64,000 nt of DNA. Source: Eledone cirrhosa. Its lineage: Eukaryota. A program made the position numbers and the translations under genes. This document shows positions 53,070 to 64,000 of this stretch, piece after piece (the stretch's first letter is position 1; every line of letters starts with the position of its first letter). The notes beneath the pieces were generated by a model, which ran no database searches, was not told the origin of the DNA, and was given only the letters and a program-made list of their open reading frames with translations. The DNA lies in NCBI GenBank assembly GCA_964016885.1, contig OZ024740.1:357616001-357680000 (forward strand), written 5' to 3'.

Positions 53070-53802
53070 ATTAGAAAGTGAGGTTTTTTTACAAAATGAA
53101 AAAAAACCGAGGTGTCCTATACGAGTGAAAGTATAAGGAAAAAAGATGAAATCGAAAATGCAACTGGAGTCTTTTTTTTAAAAATATATATTTATTTGGT
53201 TCCTTTACCGGTTTCGCAGTTCTTCTGCTTTTCAAAAGTAGAATTGAGATGGAGGGTTTGTGGTTTTTCTCACATCTGGTTTGTCTTTGAATGTTACTTC
53301 TGTTTTTTATAGAAAAAAGTGGCTTGAAATGCTAGGTTTTTAGAGAAGTAATTTGAATAAGTATAATAAATTTTGCACCAGTTCACATTACAAAGTTCTT
53401 ATTATATTTGCCTCCTTCAAACAAAGGGGGGTGGGGGCTCAGATTGTTTTTTCATATATGAGTGAAGTTTGGTTGGTTGATGCAGTCACGTGAATAAGCA
53501 CATCAGCTTTTGCGCCAGTTTGTGTTTGAATTTCTTTTTACTTAAAAAAAGGTGGCTCACGAAGGCTTTTTTTTATAAATGTAATTTGATTGGTTATAAA
53601 TGAAATTATGACTGTCATGTGAACAAGTACATTAAATTTTGTGCCCGTATTTTGGAATTTTTTTGTAGCCATTTAGAGAATTTTGTGCCAAACAAAAGAT
53701 AATGGTCAAGAAAAAAGGGATGGAGAGAGTTGTTCTGAGTATGACTGATGTGCTGAAATGTAATTTGATTGGTTATAAATGAAATTATACCTGTCACGTG
53801 AA

Positions 53803-53803
<1 letters not shown>
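53070..53803 (-). mobile_element. Probable Penelope pLTR-derived cassette between (TA)n runs
   Basis: Contains the U3:A8 hammerhead and an internal ~48-bp direct repeat (53577-53624 and 53756-53803); (TA)n on both sides. Confidence 0.4.
53200..53243 (-). ncRNA. Minimal type I hammerhead with U3:A8 core variant
   Basis: UUC-UA-CUU-UUGAAAA-GCAG(AAGAA)CUGC-GAAA-CCG-GUA^AAG-GAA; palindromic ACCGGU stem III. Confidence 0.65.
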
Positions 53804-53841
<38 letters not shown>

Positions 53842-53844
53842 TGT

Positions 53845-54450
53845 TCTATATTTTTGAGACGAGGAATTATTTACAAAAAAGACGGATAGGTGTCCTCATC
53901 TTGTTTTGTTATTAACACAACGTTTCGGCTGATGTATCCTTCAGCCTTCATCAGGTGTCCTAGTGATGTTATTATTAACGTTTGTTCAGGTCACTGCCTA
54001 GAATTGAATTCGGAATCTTTAGGTTAGTAGCCCGCTTTTTAACCACTTTTTTTCTCGTGAATTTTTAGGGCTTATAAACTGATATTTTTCTAACCTTCTT
54101 CAATACCGGTTCCCGTATACTACTCATATCTGCACTAGGTCTGCTTAGGAGGTTATTGTGTCCTAGCATATGTGCTGCCTCTTTTAGTTTTTGTGTTTTC
54201 CAGTCTGTGTCTATTATTTTAACTTCATCCTACAGGGGAAGGTGGTCTCCGTTTTTCCATACATGATCAGCTATACCGATTTATCGATCTCTCCTCGTGT
54301 CACAGCTTTACGATGTTCTTCTACCCTTATTTTGTGGGGGTGGCCTGTTTCGCCTTTGTATAATCTACCACAACTGCATGGGATGGAGTACATGCAGTCT
54401 TTGGTCATATTCTCTTCTATTGGTGGTTCTACCCAAGGAGATATTTGCAA
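53845..54450 (-). mobile_element. Penelope-like element 3' fragment (GIY-YIG endonuclease + pLTR with hammerhead), degraded
   Basis: CMYSIPCSCGRLYKGETG...RVEEH, then ADHVW...DEVKIID...KLKEAAHM...LLSRPS with stops. Hammerhead downstream. Confidence 0.85.
53914..53959 (-). ncRNA. Minimal type I hammerhead at the 3' end of a Penelope-like fragment
   Basis: GACAC-CUGAUGA-A-GGCUGA(AGGAUACA)UCAGCC-GAAA-C-GUU^GUGUU; ACGU palindrome. Confidence 0.8.
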
Positions 54451-54912
54451 ATCTAGGGGTGAATGTACAAGCGCATATGCATTAGGTATTAATTTAACAA
54501 ATGAAAATAATAACAACAAAGTTGAGTTTTTTTACCTATTCATATCATTGTTTTACTATTGTTTCGGAAGGTTAATCATATTGACATATTGTCTGATCTA
54601 TAGCAGTTATATAACTGTATATTATCAGACCCCATATATAGGTTCGGTCAGATTGTCTTCTTCGGAAACAATGTAAGTTTCTAAATCCCTCTGAATTCTT
54701 GATTATTTTCCAAATTATTTTGAAAATCATAGGCAGTGAATTATATTAGAAATATGCTAATGAAAGAGTTAATCATGTATCTATTTGATCCGAGGTTGAA
54801 TTGTGCCAAAATAACATTTACATAAGTGATGTCTCTTCTAACCAAGACCTCTGTGACTTTCATGTTTTTGTTTTTGATGTCTTTTAGTATTTTTGTTTGA
54901 TCTCCCTTGCAG

Positions 54913-55000
54913 GACAGAGACGTTTGGCATCTTACTACACACCATAGTTGCTGGGTTAAAGGAGTGTCAGCTGGTGGTTGTGGTAATTCTGGTTATGAAG
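54913..55000 (+). CDS. Calpain exon: DRDVWHLTTHHSCWVKGVSAGGCGNSGYE(E)
   Basis: ttgcag| ... G|gtaagt; W..G.SAGGC.N motif at the start of the C2-like domain. Confidence 0.93.
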
Positions 55001-56145
55001 GTAAGTTTGTTGCTAGAAAACTAAAATTCAAAATTTATTCATGGGGACATTCTGAAATACCATATCTAACTATTTGTCTATCTAACCAGCTGTCTATCTA
55101 TCTGTCTGTTTACTTATCTAGTTGGCTATTTCAATGCATCTCTCTTGCTATCCTCCAAGGTAACACTTTCTCCATTTTGTGAGGTGACTGTACCTGGGCT
55201 TCTGCACACCAGAGAGCATTCTCCCACAGTGTCCGGGTATGTATCATTTGGGTAGCGATGGACATATCTGTCTGTCTGTAGAATTTTCCTAGAGTAGTAT
55301 TGTATTTAGAAATACTATTCATATAATCTATTTATGCCAACTGCCAGTTCTCCCATCATATGAGAGTTGTATTGGAGCGAGGGGTGGGAGAACATTTGAA
55401 TTAGATGGAGCTTATGGTAGAGGGAGACCAGAGAGTGATTCAGGCAAGGTTGTAAGGAGTGATCTCAAGAAACTAGGCCTCATGAGGGAGATAACACAGG
55501 ATTGAATTGACTGGTGATTTTCCATCAGTGCAAGTGCTGCAATACTAGAGGTAGATATGGTGAGAGATTAGAGACTACATAATGTAGAGAAGTTCCTTAG
55601 CCTGCAGTGGACAAGACAACATCTAACACAATAGAAAACACTGAGACAATATTAATGCCAAGATTGAAAGCACCCAATTCATGCTATAATATGGTTGGTT
55701 ATCAAAGGAGACTATATTGAGTGGAGAGGACTCTTTGATGTGGTCAAACATGTAACAACCTCTCTAGTAATGATGCCATGAGGAAGTGCACACAGAGTAA
55801 TCTGTGAAGTTGTAATGTTAGTTCCATGATGAAATGCACCCAGTGCACTCTGCAAAATGGTGGTGTGCTAGTGTTGTAGTAGAGCACACCCAGTGCATCA
55901 AGTAAGGTAGTTGGTGTTGTGAGGACTATAGAAGATATGAGTAAGAAGAGGTCCCTCTGATCTGTCTAGTCATGGGCTATGACTACACATCCAACTCATT
56001 TCAGCATAGGTCTGCTTGACCAGTGCTGACATGAGACCAAGCAACAACAGGTAATTTAATACAGTAATATTATCTTTCCTTCATTTTTGTGTTTAACTTT
56101 CTTTTCTTATTGAAGAAAATTTATTTTCTTGTATCTTCTTTTCAG

Positions 56146-56285
56146 AGGAGTATTGGAAAAATCCTCAATTTGTGGTGGTTTTATCCCAGAAGGATAAAAA
56201 CAGTGAAGAGTGCACTATGATAATATCTTTGATTGAAGAAGAAACAAAAAAAGCAAAAATTGCTATCAATTTTGATGTATATAAG
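56146..56285 (+). CDS. Calpain exon: (E)EYWKNPQFVVVLSQKDKNSEECTMIISLIEEETKKAKIAINFDVYK
   Basis: ttttcag| ... AAG|gtaggg; W.NPQF motif; phase 1 to 0. Confidence 0.92.
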
Positions 56286-56764
56286 GTAGGGTTGTTTAGT
56301 CTTGTCTCATTTCTGTTTAATCTTTTGATATTCATACTCCTAACAGTATGTCATCATCAGCAGCAACAGCACCACAGTTTAACATCTATTTTCTATGCTT
56401 GCATGTTTTAGACAGATTGTAACCTTGTGAGGTTAAACAGGTCGTTTTTTGCTTGTTTTGTTTTCTATGGCTGGATGCCCTTCCTAACACCAACTACTTT
56501 ACAGCATAAACTGGAAACATGTTCATGGCACCCGTACTAGCTGCCTTACTGGGGTAGAACAACAGTAAAAACAACAACCTCATTGTTAGATTGATATTTT
56601 TAGAGACAGAATAACCTAATGGTATAGGATTAACAGTCCATGAATAATCTGCTGTAGGTGTGTTGGTGTGTTTTGTGAGGGCAAGATACTTTATTTCACA
56701 TGCCACAGTGTATTTGGAGAAGGAAAGGATTAGGTAGCAAAACTGAGAAATGTAACCAGATTAA

Positions 56765-56967
56765 CCCTTCAGCATTTCCAGCCATATCCAGCCAGAATTC
56801 TCACCTCTTTCTGTTTAAACTGGCCACAACTGGCTGCTCATACTGATGTTCTCGTATTGCTCTCAAAATAAATAATATCAAAATCTCATAGATTTGATAT
56901 TATGTGAGATAAAGCCTTGACCATGAAAATACAATAGTATATATAGAGTAATGTAAATACTAAGGGG
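56765..56967. mobile_element. piggyBac-type MITE family A
   Basis: ttaa|CCCTTCAGCATTT ... AAATACTAAGGGG|ttaa; homologous copies at 31340-31560 and 36947-~37150. Confidence 0.8.
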
Positions 56968-57126
56968 TTAACATATTTTAGGGTTATATATTAAAATTAT
57001 GAAATTAAAATATATGTAACTTCCTAGGTGTTGGGGCAGGGCTGGGTTCTGCCACAAAAAGGAGCATACCCCTGATGCCAGTATTTTATTTATTTACTCT
57101 TTAAAGTAAGTCAGAGGAGAAAGGAT

Positions 57127-58592
57127 AAATAATAATGAAATGATTATGTACAGTGCTCAGGTGCACTACAACTCATCAAAGGTGCATGTATAGTACATAG
57201 AATAATGTACAAATGTCAGGAAAGTAAACAGTATATGAGTCATGATATACATGTGTGTGTGTGGAAGGGGGATATCAGGTGTAGTGTTGGCGAATTTCAG
57301 GAAGCAAGGATGCAGTGTCTCGGCAGCTAACAACTGATCCCGGTAGTTTGTTCCATGCTTCAGCAAATCTGAGCGTGAACAAATGTTTCCGAAAGTCATC
57401 GCAGCTGTGCTGTTTTCTGACTTTGTGGGCATGCCCACGTGTGTTTGACACATGGAATTCAAAAAGATGCTAAGGGTTGTTGTTGGCAAGATGGTTAATA
57501 ATTTTGTGGGTGTTTACCGAGTCAGTTGCCAGATGTCAGAGCTTCAATGAATCCATGCCCAGGGAAGCAAGGCGTTCAGAGTATGGTAGATGCCTGATGG
57601 AAGGTATTCGCTTGGTTGCATGTCCCTGAACAGTTTCCAGGAGGTCAATGTTCTGAGCAAGATAGGGGTTCCAGACTGGTGATGCAAATTCTAAGTGTAG
57701 CCGCACCATAGCTATATACAGCTTTAAATAGATAGCTGGAGAGTGGCTGACAAAGGTCTTTCTGAGTGATGCTAAGACACCCTCGGCCTTCTTGACAATT
57801 TTAAAGATGTGCTTTGTCTAACAAATCACTGCTGACAGTAATGCCTAGGTCACGTTCACAAGGAGACTTCTTGATATTAGTTTTTGTGGAGGGAGCATGT
57901 GGATGCTGGGTTTTTCCTCCCAAAATGCATGGTGGTACATTTGTGCACAGCCAACTTGAGTTGCCAGTCAATGATCCATTGCTGCATTGTGTCCAGGTCT
58001 GATTGCCGGAAAGATCTTTGGGAGATTAGTATCAGTGTATATATTATCAAAAATGACAATAAATGCCGGTGTATGTTGTGACAAGGTTTTACTTCACAGA
58101 AGTCAAATGAATTAATATAAATAATTTGTTACCCGTTGATCACAACTCCTAGACTGGAGTGTGTAGAGAAGAACAGAAATCTTCTCTTGGAGGTGTTAGC
58201 ATTTCTTTAGGCTGCCGGTGGTATTCTTCTTGCTGGCGAAGGAAGTGAGACAGGAGTCATCTCTTGACGAGGCCTCAGGTGTTGTTGTTGTCACTTTGGA
58301 GTTCAGGATGTGAGAGAGGCTTATGCCTTGGCAGCCTTCAAACTTATAGTCCCCAGGGGGACGCAACTCCATTTAGTAGCTGAATCTGCCAATGGAGGTC
58401 GCGCCTGTCGCAAAGGGATGTAACACCTATATGTGCTGAGTTACGACCGTCGTAAAGGGACGCAACTCCCATACGTGCTGAGTCACAACCGTAAGGGGGC
58501 GCTACGCTACAGATCTATAGTGTTCAGGATCTGTCCTTTTTATCTCTAGGTACAGCTTGATGTCATCTGCATATTTCAGTACCGTGGCATTC
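57127..58592 (-). mobile_element. Second copy of the same CR1-type LINE, degraded and interrupted
   Basis: Reverse-complement similarity to ~45890-46820; broken at 58018-58511. Confidence 0.9.
58018..58511. mobile_element. Solo-LTR-like insertion (494 bp) inside the CR1 copy
   Basis: 5-bp duplication GATCT (58013-58017, 58512-58516). Minus strand reads TG...AA. Three internal AAGGGACGCAACTCC-like repeats. Confidence 0.55.
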
Positions 58593-58855
58593 TTAGGGTT
58601 CAAAACTTCTGTGGACCCTCCAAGAGTGTGGATAGCAGAATTAATAGAGTGCTAAAAACGCCTTGAGATATGTATTTACACCCATTCACTTTATATGGTT
58701 GACTTTACCATTTATCTCTCTGTATCAGTAATATATATTTATATATATTCCACAAAATGGCTGCTGAATACACGTGCTTTTTCTCAAAAAAATTTATTTC
58801 CATTCCTTCCTCTTTTCACTCTCTCTCTTTATATTTCATCTTTTATTTCTTATTC

Positions 58856-58895
58856 TTTCTTCTGATGAAGGACTAGTATCCAAAATATAAAGAGA
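58856..58895 (+). ncRNA. Degenerate (likely inactive) minimal hammerhead
   Basis: TTTCTT-CTGATGA-A-GGA(ctagta)TCC-AAAA-TAT-A-AAGAGA. GAAA reads AAAA, consistent with CpG decay. Confidence 0.5.
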
Positions 58896-59200
58896 TTTTT
58901 CCTACGATATCAAGCATTAAACTAATATATTTCTTTATAGTACTTTATTGTACTTTATTGTTGTTTGCTTTTCTGTTTCTGTTTACTTTTTACACACACA
59001 TATGTATATATATATGTGTGTGTGTGTGTGTGTAAACGTGGTTGGTGTTAGGAAGGCTATCCAGCCATAGAAAACCTGCCAGACAGCCTTATACGAGCGA
59101 GATATGGTCACCCGACCAATCTTGCCTCAAGTAGGACAAATCCCGTCTAAACCCATGCTAGCGTAGAAGATAGATGTTAACCGTTGATGATGATGATGAT

Positions 59201-59240
<40 letters not shown>

Positions 59241-59270
59241 CTATATATATATATTTATATATATATATAA

Positions 59271-59305
<35 letters not shown>

Positions 59306-59332
59306 CATATATATATGTATATATATATACAT

Positions 59333-60062
59333 ATGATGCGTGTATCCGAACAGCGATGTTGCATGGTTGTGAGACCTGGGCGCTGAAGGTGGAAGACTTA
59401 CGTAGATTAGAGAGAAACGAAGCCTGCATGCTCCAATGGATGTGTAATAGTAATATACGCAAACGACAAAGCATAAATGAATTGAGAGAGAGACTGAGCA
59501 TAAGAGGAATCAAATGCTGTGTGCAGGAGAGGCGGTTGCGCTGGTATGGACATGTGATGCGTATGAAGGATGACAGCTGCATAAAAAGGTGCAGAGCACT
59601 AGAAGTCGATGGAAACCGCGGAGTGGGGAGACCCAAGATGACCTGGGATGAGGTGATAAAAGCCGACCTTACCCAATTACACCTCGCAAAGGCGATGACA
59701 CACGACCGTGACCTCTGGCGTCATGCAGTAATACAGAGTACCCGACCTCCCATGGGTACAAGCTGAAGCATATAGACAATATGCCCCCACCGCAAGGTGG
59801 TCGTGGAGGTGCCACGGCAAAAAAGCACCCAGCCCACACTGTAAAGTGGACGTGTAGGCGCCACGAAAAAGCACCCAGCACTCACTGTAAATGAGGTTGG
59901 TGTTAGGAAGGGCATCCAGCTGTAGAAATCAAGCCAAATCAGTTCCTGTATGAGCAAGGCATGGTCAGCCGACCAGACACTGCCCACAACAGGACAACCC
60001 GTCTAACCCATGCTAGTGTGGAAGAACAGACGTAAAACGGTGATGATGATGGTGATGATGAT
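59333..60062 (+). mobile_element. RTE-clade LINE 3' fragment with 3' UTR and (GAT)n tail
   Basis: [19 protein letters not shown] and R..GRPK.TW motifs; tail acgtaaaacggtgatgatgatg. Confidence 0.9.
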
Positions 60063-60157
60063 ATATATATAATAGTTGAAACAGTAAACAAAAAAACAAC
60101 GTGGAAGCAAAGAGGCAGTATAAAATGTTAATATTAGTTTCACGCTTGAGAGTGGGG

Positions 60158-60195
<38 letters not shown>

Positions 60196-60198
<3 letters not shown>

Positions 60199-61488
60199 GG
60201 TGCAGACGATATTTGTTCGCAAGATTACTGTCTAGGAAAAAATAACAGTAGTTTTATTTTTTAAGATATATTTATCAAACTTGGGTCAGTTTGTCTTCAT
60301 AACTTGTTCTTTTGATCTCACTCGATAAACCCGCCATTGGCTTGGATGACGGCCTCAAGGTGGCCTCGGAACCGGCTACAGGCCTTCGTCACTGTTCCCC
60401 GACTTAGGCACTTGTGATCCTGGCCTTCAGATCGTCTTTCGTATTGCAGCTAGATCTGTTGGTGTCTCGTTCCACTGCACCCCACACAAAGAAGTCGAGG
60501 GGGTTGCATTCAGGCAAGCTGGGAGGCCAGATGTTAGGTGAAGTGTGGTCGACGAAGTTCTCTGACAGCCAGGCTTAGGTCTTTCGGCTGGTATGGCAGG
60601 GCGCTGAGTCTTGCTGCCACATGTACGGCTTACCTGCAGCTACCTGGTCGATCCAGGGCTTTACTACCTTGCTCAGAACGCGGATGTAGCCATCAGTGTT
60701 CAGCTTGGGGCCCTCAGGGAAGAAGTGAGGTGGCATGACGTCACCTTGACTGTTGACGACACCTAAGACCAATGTTGTCGCTGGAAACTTTGTCTGCATG
60801 ACTCTGGGCATGTCTTTTTATGAGACAGCGAGCCACTTGTTGTTCTGGGAGTTGATCTTCTGGTCTTGGCAGAAGTTTTTCTTGTTGGAGAAAAATCACA
60901 GCATGTCTGGCTCCAGTGGGTGTTTCAACTTGTTGATCAGCTTCTTTGCATGCTTCAGCCGCTTTTCTTGCATTGCCTTTGACAAAAATTGTCCTTTCCT
61001 TATCTTATATGAAATGTAGCGAATGTCTTCATGTACCACCAGCCTAATGAGCTTTTCATCCACGCCTTTCTCCCTTGCAATGGCATGCATCGTCTTGCAG
61101 ATTCATTGTTGATGATATCCTGAATTTCAGCGATGAAGTCGGGCGTTCTGATGGCGTCAAATCGTCGATCATGTGTTTTCCTCTCTGATGTTGCTTCGTA
61201 GTCGAATCCTGAATCTTCCAATTCCTTTTTAACCTTTTCCACCATTCTCCTGCTGACGCTGAGAAAGTTTGAAATTTCCTTATTTGTCCTCCCGGCGTGG
61301 ATTCCAAGAAGAACTCCTGTCTCTTCCACAAATTTGGAGGTTCAAAATTATTCATAATCAATTATTCTGAAAATAAATAATGGAAATATAGTCACTGTTT
61401 TTATGAAAACAAGAGTGACAACGGAAGTAAAAAAAATTTGCATAAAATTAGGAGTTGAAAATTGTGAACAAATATCGTCCACACACTG
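60196..61488 (-). mobile_element. Tc1/mariner DD37D (maT-type) transposon, degraded
   Basis: 27-bp TIRs with 4 mismatches and TA flanks. QQDSAPCH...WPPSLPECNPLD has 37 positions between the two Asp residues. Frameshifts and stops present. Confidence 0.9.
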
Positions 61489-62420
61489 TATATATATAGT
61501 ATTAAAAAGATCAGAGGCCATAATCAGTTGATTTAGGTTTATTTAAATCTCCATATTTTGCTGAGAACTACTAATTTTGATAGCCTGAGCTCTTCAAGTG
61601 GCATAAAACCTATAAAAACTTGAAAACATTGAAAACTTCCAAAAAAAAATTTATTTTTCATGATACAAGGGACGGCCGAATGTGTTGATGTTGTTTCTTC
61701 ATATTCTGGCCCTGAAAGACCCCCTAGAACTATGGCTGAAATGCTGGTCAATCCCAGTTTCATGTCACTATCGAGGGATGTTGAGAGTAGCAAGTCATCG
61801 TTGTAGTAACGAATTCTGCTAGTAGCCTGTTTCCCCCTACTCCCTGGCAGGCAGTGATTGTTATAGTAGTAGTAACAGCCATCTCCTCCCAACCCCAATT
61901 GTCCCTAGGTCTGCAACAACTGTGAAAAAGCCTTTGGAATATAATATTCACCCCACCCTTCTATTGACATTATATTTATAAGCTTTCTTACAACTCCCAA
62001 CCTATTCTCACCCTCTGCCTGAGAGCAAGACATCATCTCCCTTCTCCTATGGGTTAAACAGTGATCCTCAGTCAAGTCAATGTCTGACAACCATCTGAAT
62101 GCTGGTGATATGATAAAATGCACCCAGTACACTCTGTAAACTGTAGGAATGCATGTAAGTGAGATGCATCCCCTGGCTCTGTGATGGTAGTAATTCTAAT
62201 TGAGTGCTGCTTTGGTCTGTTATAATCCAAACAACCATGCTAGCATGGAAAATTGGATACTAAATGATGATGATATGTTTACTAAAACTTGAAGCTCTAC
62301 TTCTATCTCTGCTTCATGTTTATGCTAGGCTATATATTAAACGTAATAAACCTCTATTTCATCTTCTGAATATAATATAATTTTATATTGAAAAATATAT
62401 TTTGATTCTACTTTTCTCAG

Positions 62421-62638
62421 CTGCACTATCCAGTGAATTCAAAACTTACTCGTGCCAATGTCCGCAAAATGGCCACAAAGCAACAGAGGTCAAATGATGT
62501 ATATAGGTATGACAGAGAGGTCACCCACCATTATAAACTCCCTGTTGCCTACTATGTCATCATTGCAAGTACATTTAACCCAGATCAAGTGGCAAAGTTC
62601 ATGCTTAGAGTTTATACAAAAGAGACGATTAGCACCAG
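62421..62638 (+). CDS. Calpain exon: LHYPVNSK...REVTHHYKLPVAYYVIIASTFNPDQVAKFMLRVYTKETIST(S)
   Basis: tctcag| ... AG|gtaaat; REV....LP...Y.I..STF.P....F.LRV motif of domain III. Confidence 0.92.
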
Positions 62639-62721
62639 GTAAATTTTCTAAATACAATTTTTTTTCTATCAGATTCTAAATACAGTTAATATAAATGTTT
62701 ATTAATTACTGAATTAATTAC

Positions 62722-63020
62722 TGGCTTTGTGGTTAGGGTATTCAGCTCACGGTCATGAGGTTGTGAGTTTGATTCCCGCCGGCATGTTGTGTTCTATTTC
62801 ATGTTCTCCAGTCCACTCAGCTGGCAAAAATGAATTGTACCTGTAATTCGAAGGGCCAGCCTTGTCACATTCTGTGTCACACTGTATCTCCCTGAGAACT
62901 ACCTTAAGGGTACATGTGTCTGTGGGATGCTCAGCCGCTTGCATGTTAATTTCACTAGCAGGCTGTTCCTTTGATTGAATCAACTGGAACACTCATCGTC
63001 ATAACCAACAAAGTGCCAGA
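62722..63020 (+). mobile_element. Third tRNA-derived SINE family
   Basis: tggctttgtggttagg and gagtttgattccc boxes; body shared with ~16125-16445(-) and ~21600-21900(+). Confidence 0.75.
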
Positions 63021-63345
63021 TATTTTTTATTAAGTTCTGACATAGACATAGGGTTTCATGTTGAAGTTCAATTCCTGAAGGGGTTACATATTGGCCTGCC
63101 AGCTCATAAGTTGTGTATTTCGACAGTAGACACAATTATACAAGTTTAACTGTAGAAGGATAAGTAGCAGATATTCTCAACTGAAATGTAATGTATTTCT
63201 CCTGTTTGGAGATAAGTACAGATCTTTAAGAGCCACTTACAGCTTGTTTGAAATTATTGTTTAGTTAATGATAAACAACAACAAATACTGTCAAACTGAT
63301 TTTAATTTTTGTCTCCTGTTTTTTCTTCTTTTGTTTTCCATATAG

Positions 63346-63361
63346 TGAAGACATGAAAGAT
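63346..63361 (+). CDS. Probable 16-nt calpain microexon: (S)EDMKD
   Basis: About 45-nt polypyrimidine tract, tatag|TGAAGACATGAAAGAT|gtgagt. The phase-2 start matches the previous exon and the frame stays open. Confidence 0.7.
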
Positions 63362-64000
63362 GTGAGTATTCCTGTGTGATTTTTTTTTCCTTGTTTTAGG
63401 GGGAGGGGGGTCTTTTGTTTGTTTTTATGAAATGCTCTTAAATGTTTAACTAATCTAAAAATCAAATGAAGTTTGTTATTTGAAAGGCCTTTCTGTAATG
63501 GGGGATTGGAGTATTAAGGTTTAATGTATCTATAAGTTTAAGTGTACATGAAAATATAGAGGCAATAAAAAGAGTGCTAATGTAATACAGTTTTGAAAAG
63601 AAGAGAGCAACATATAACAATTAAAAAAGTACTAACCACATCCAGTTATCTCAAACATTGAGTCCACGCTAGATTTTTTTTTCTCTTAATACTATAGACA
63701 CTTCTCTATTTCCTTTTTTATTCTATCCACCGAGACTGCGGGGCAGCCAGCACGTGGGGTCTCATTTGCATATAATAGTAAGAGATGGGGAGAGCAAGAG
63801 AGACAGAGGCAGTGAGTGAAAGAGAGAGAACATCAATTGCAAACATGCACTTAATAAGATTATAGCCAGTGGCTCATGTATCATATATTAAGCACATGAA
63901 GTAAACTATAGAACCTATCCTACTTTCCTATACCAAAATATACTTCAAAGAATCACATCTTGAAAATTTCTCTTTCATAATCAAACAAATAATTCCTTTA

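Larger units (their letters stand above)
21210..63361 (+). other. Calpain (CysPc + C2-like/CBSW domain) partial gene model, 12 coding exons, 5' and 3' ends not identified
   Basis: Twelve AG/GT-bounded exons join in one frame with compatible phases (1323 nt, 441 aa). Motifs: [76 protein letters not shown]. Confidence 0.95.

Overview
AT-rich, repeat-dense eukaryotic DNA. The SINE families and (TA)n load suggest a mollusc or cephalopod such as Octopus, but that is inference. The only host gene I can support is a calpain on the + strand. Twelve GT-AG exons (21210-63361, 441 codons, continuous frame) encode the CysPc domain with an intact Cys/His/Asn triad plus the C2-like (CBSW) domain; both ends of the gene lie outside what I can identify. 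The introns and upstream region hold hAT, maT/mariner, piggyBac-MITE, Helitron, CR1, RTE, CRE, Penelope, solo-LTR-like and SINE elements. The most striking feature is a very young 466-bp tandem and head-to-head array (50712-52777). Each complete unit carries a type I hammerhead ribozyme with a palindromic, dimer-type stem III, which makes it a candidate retrozyme or circular-RNA element. Other hammerhead families lie nearby: a U3:A8 core variant, one on a Penelope GIY-YIG fragment, one with a full stem III at 43.4 kb, and decayed copies. The calpain has an unusual Pro in its active-site motif (QGVLPDCW) and a probable 16-nt microexon.
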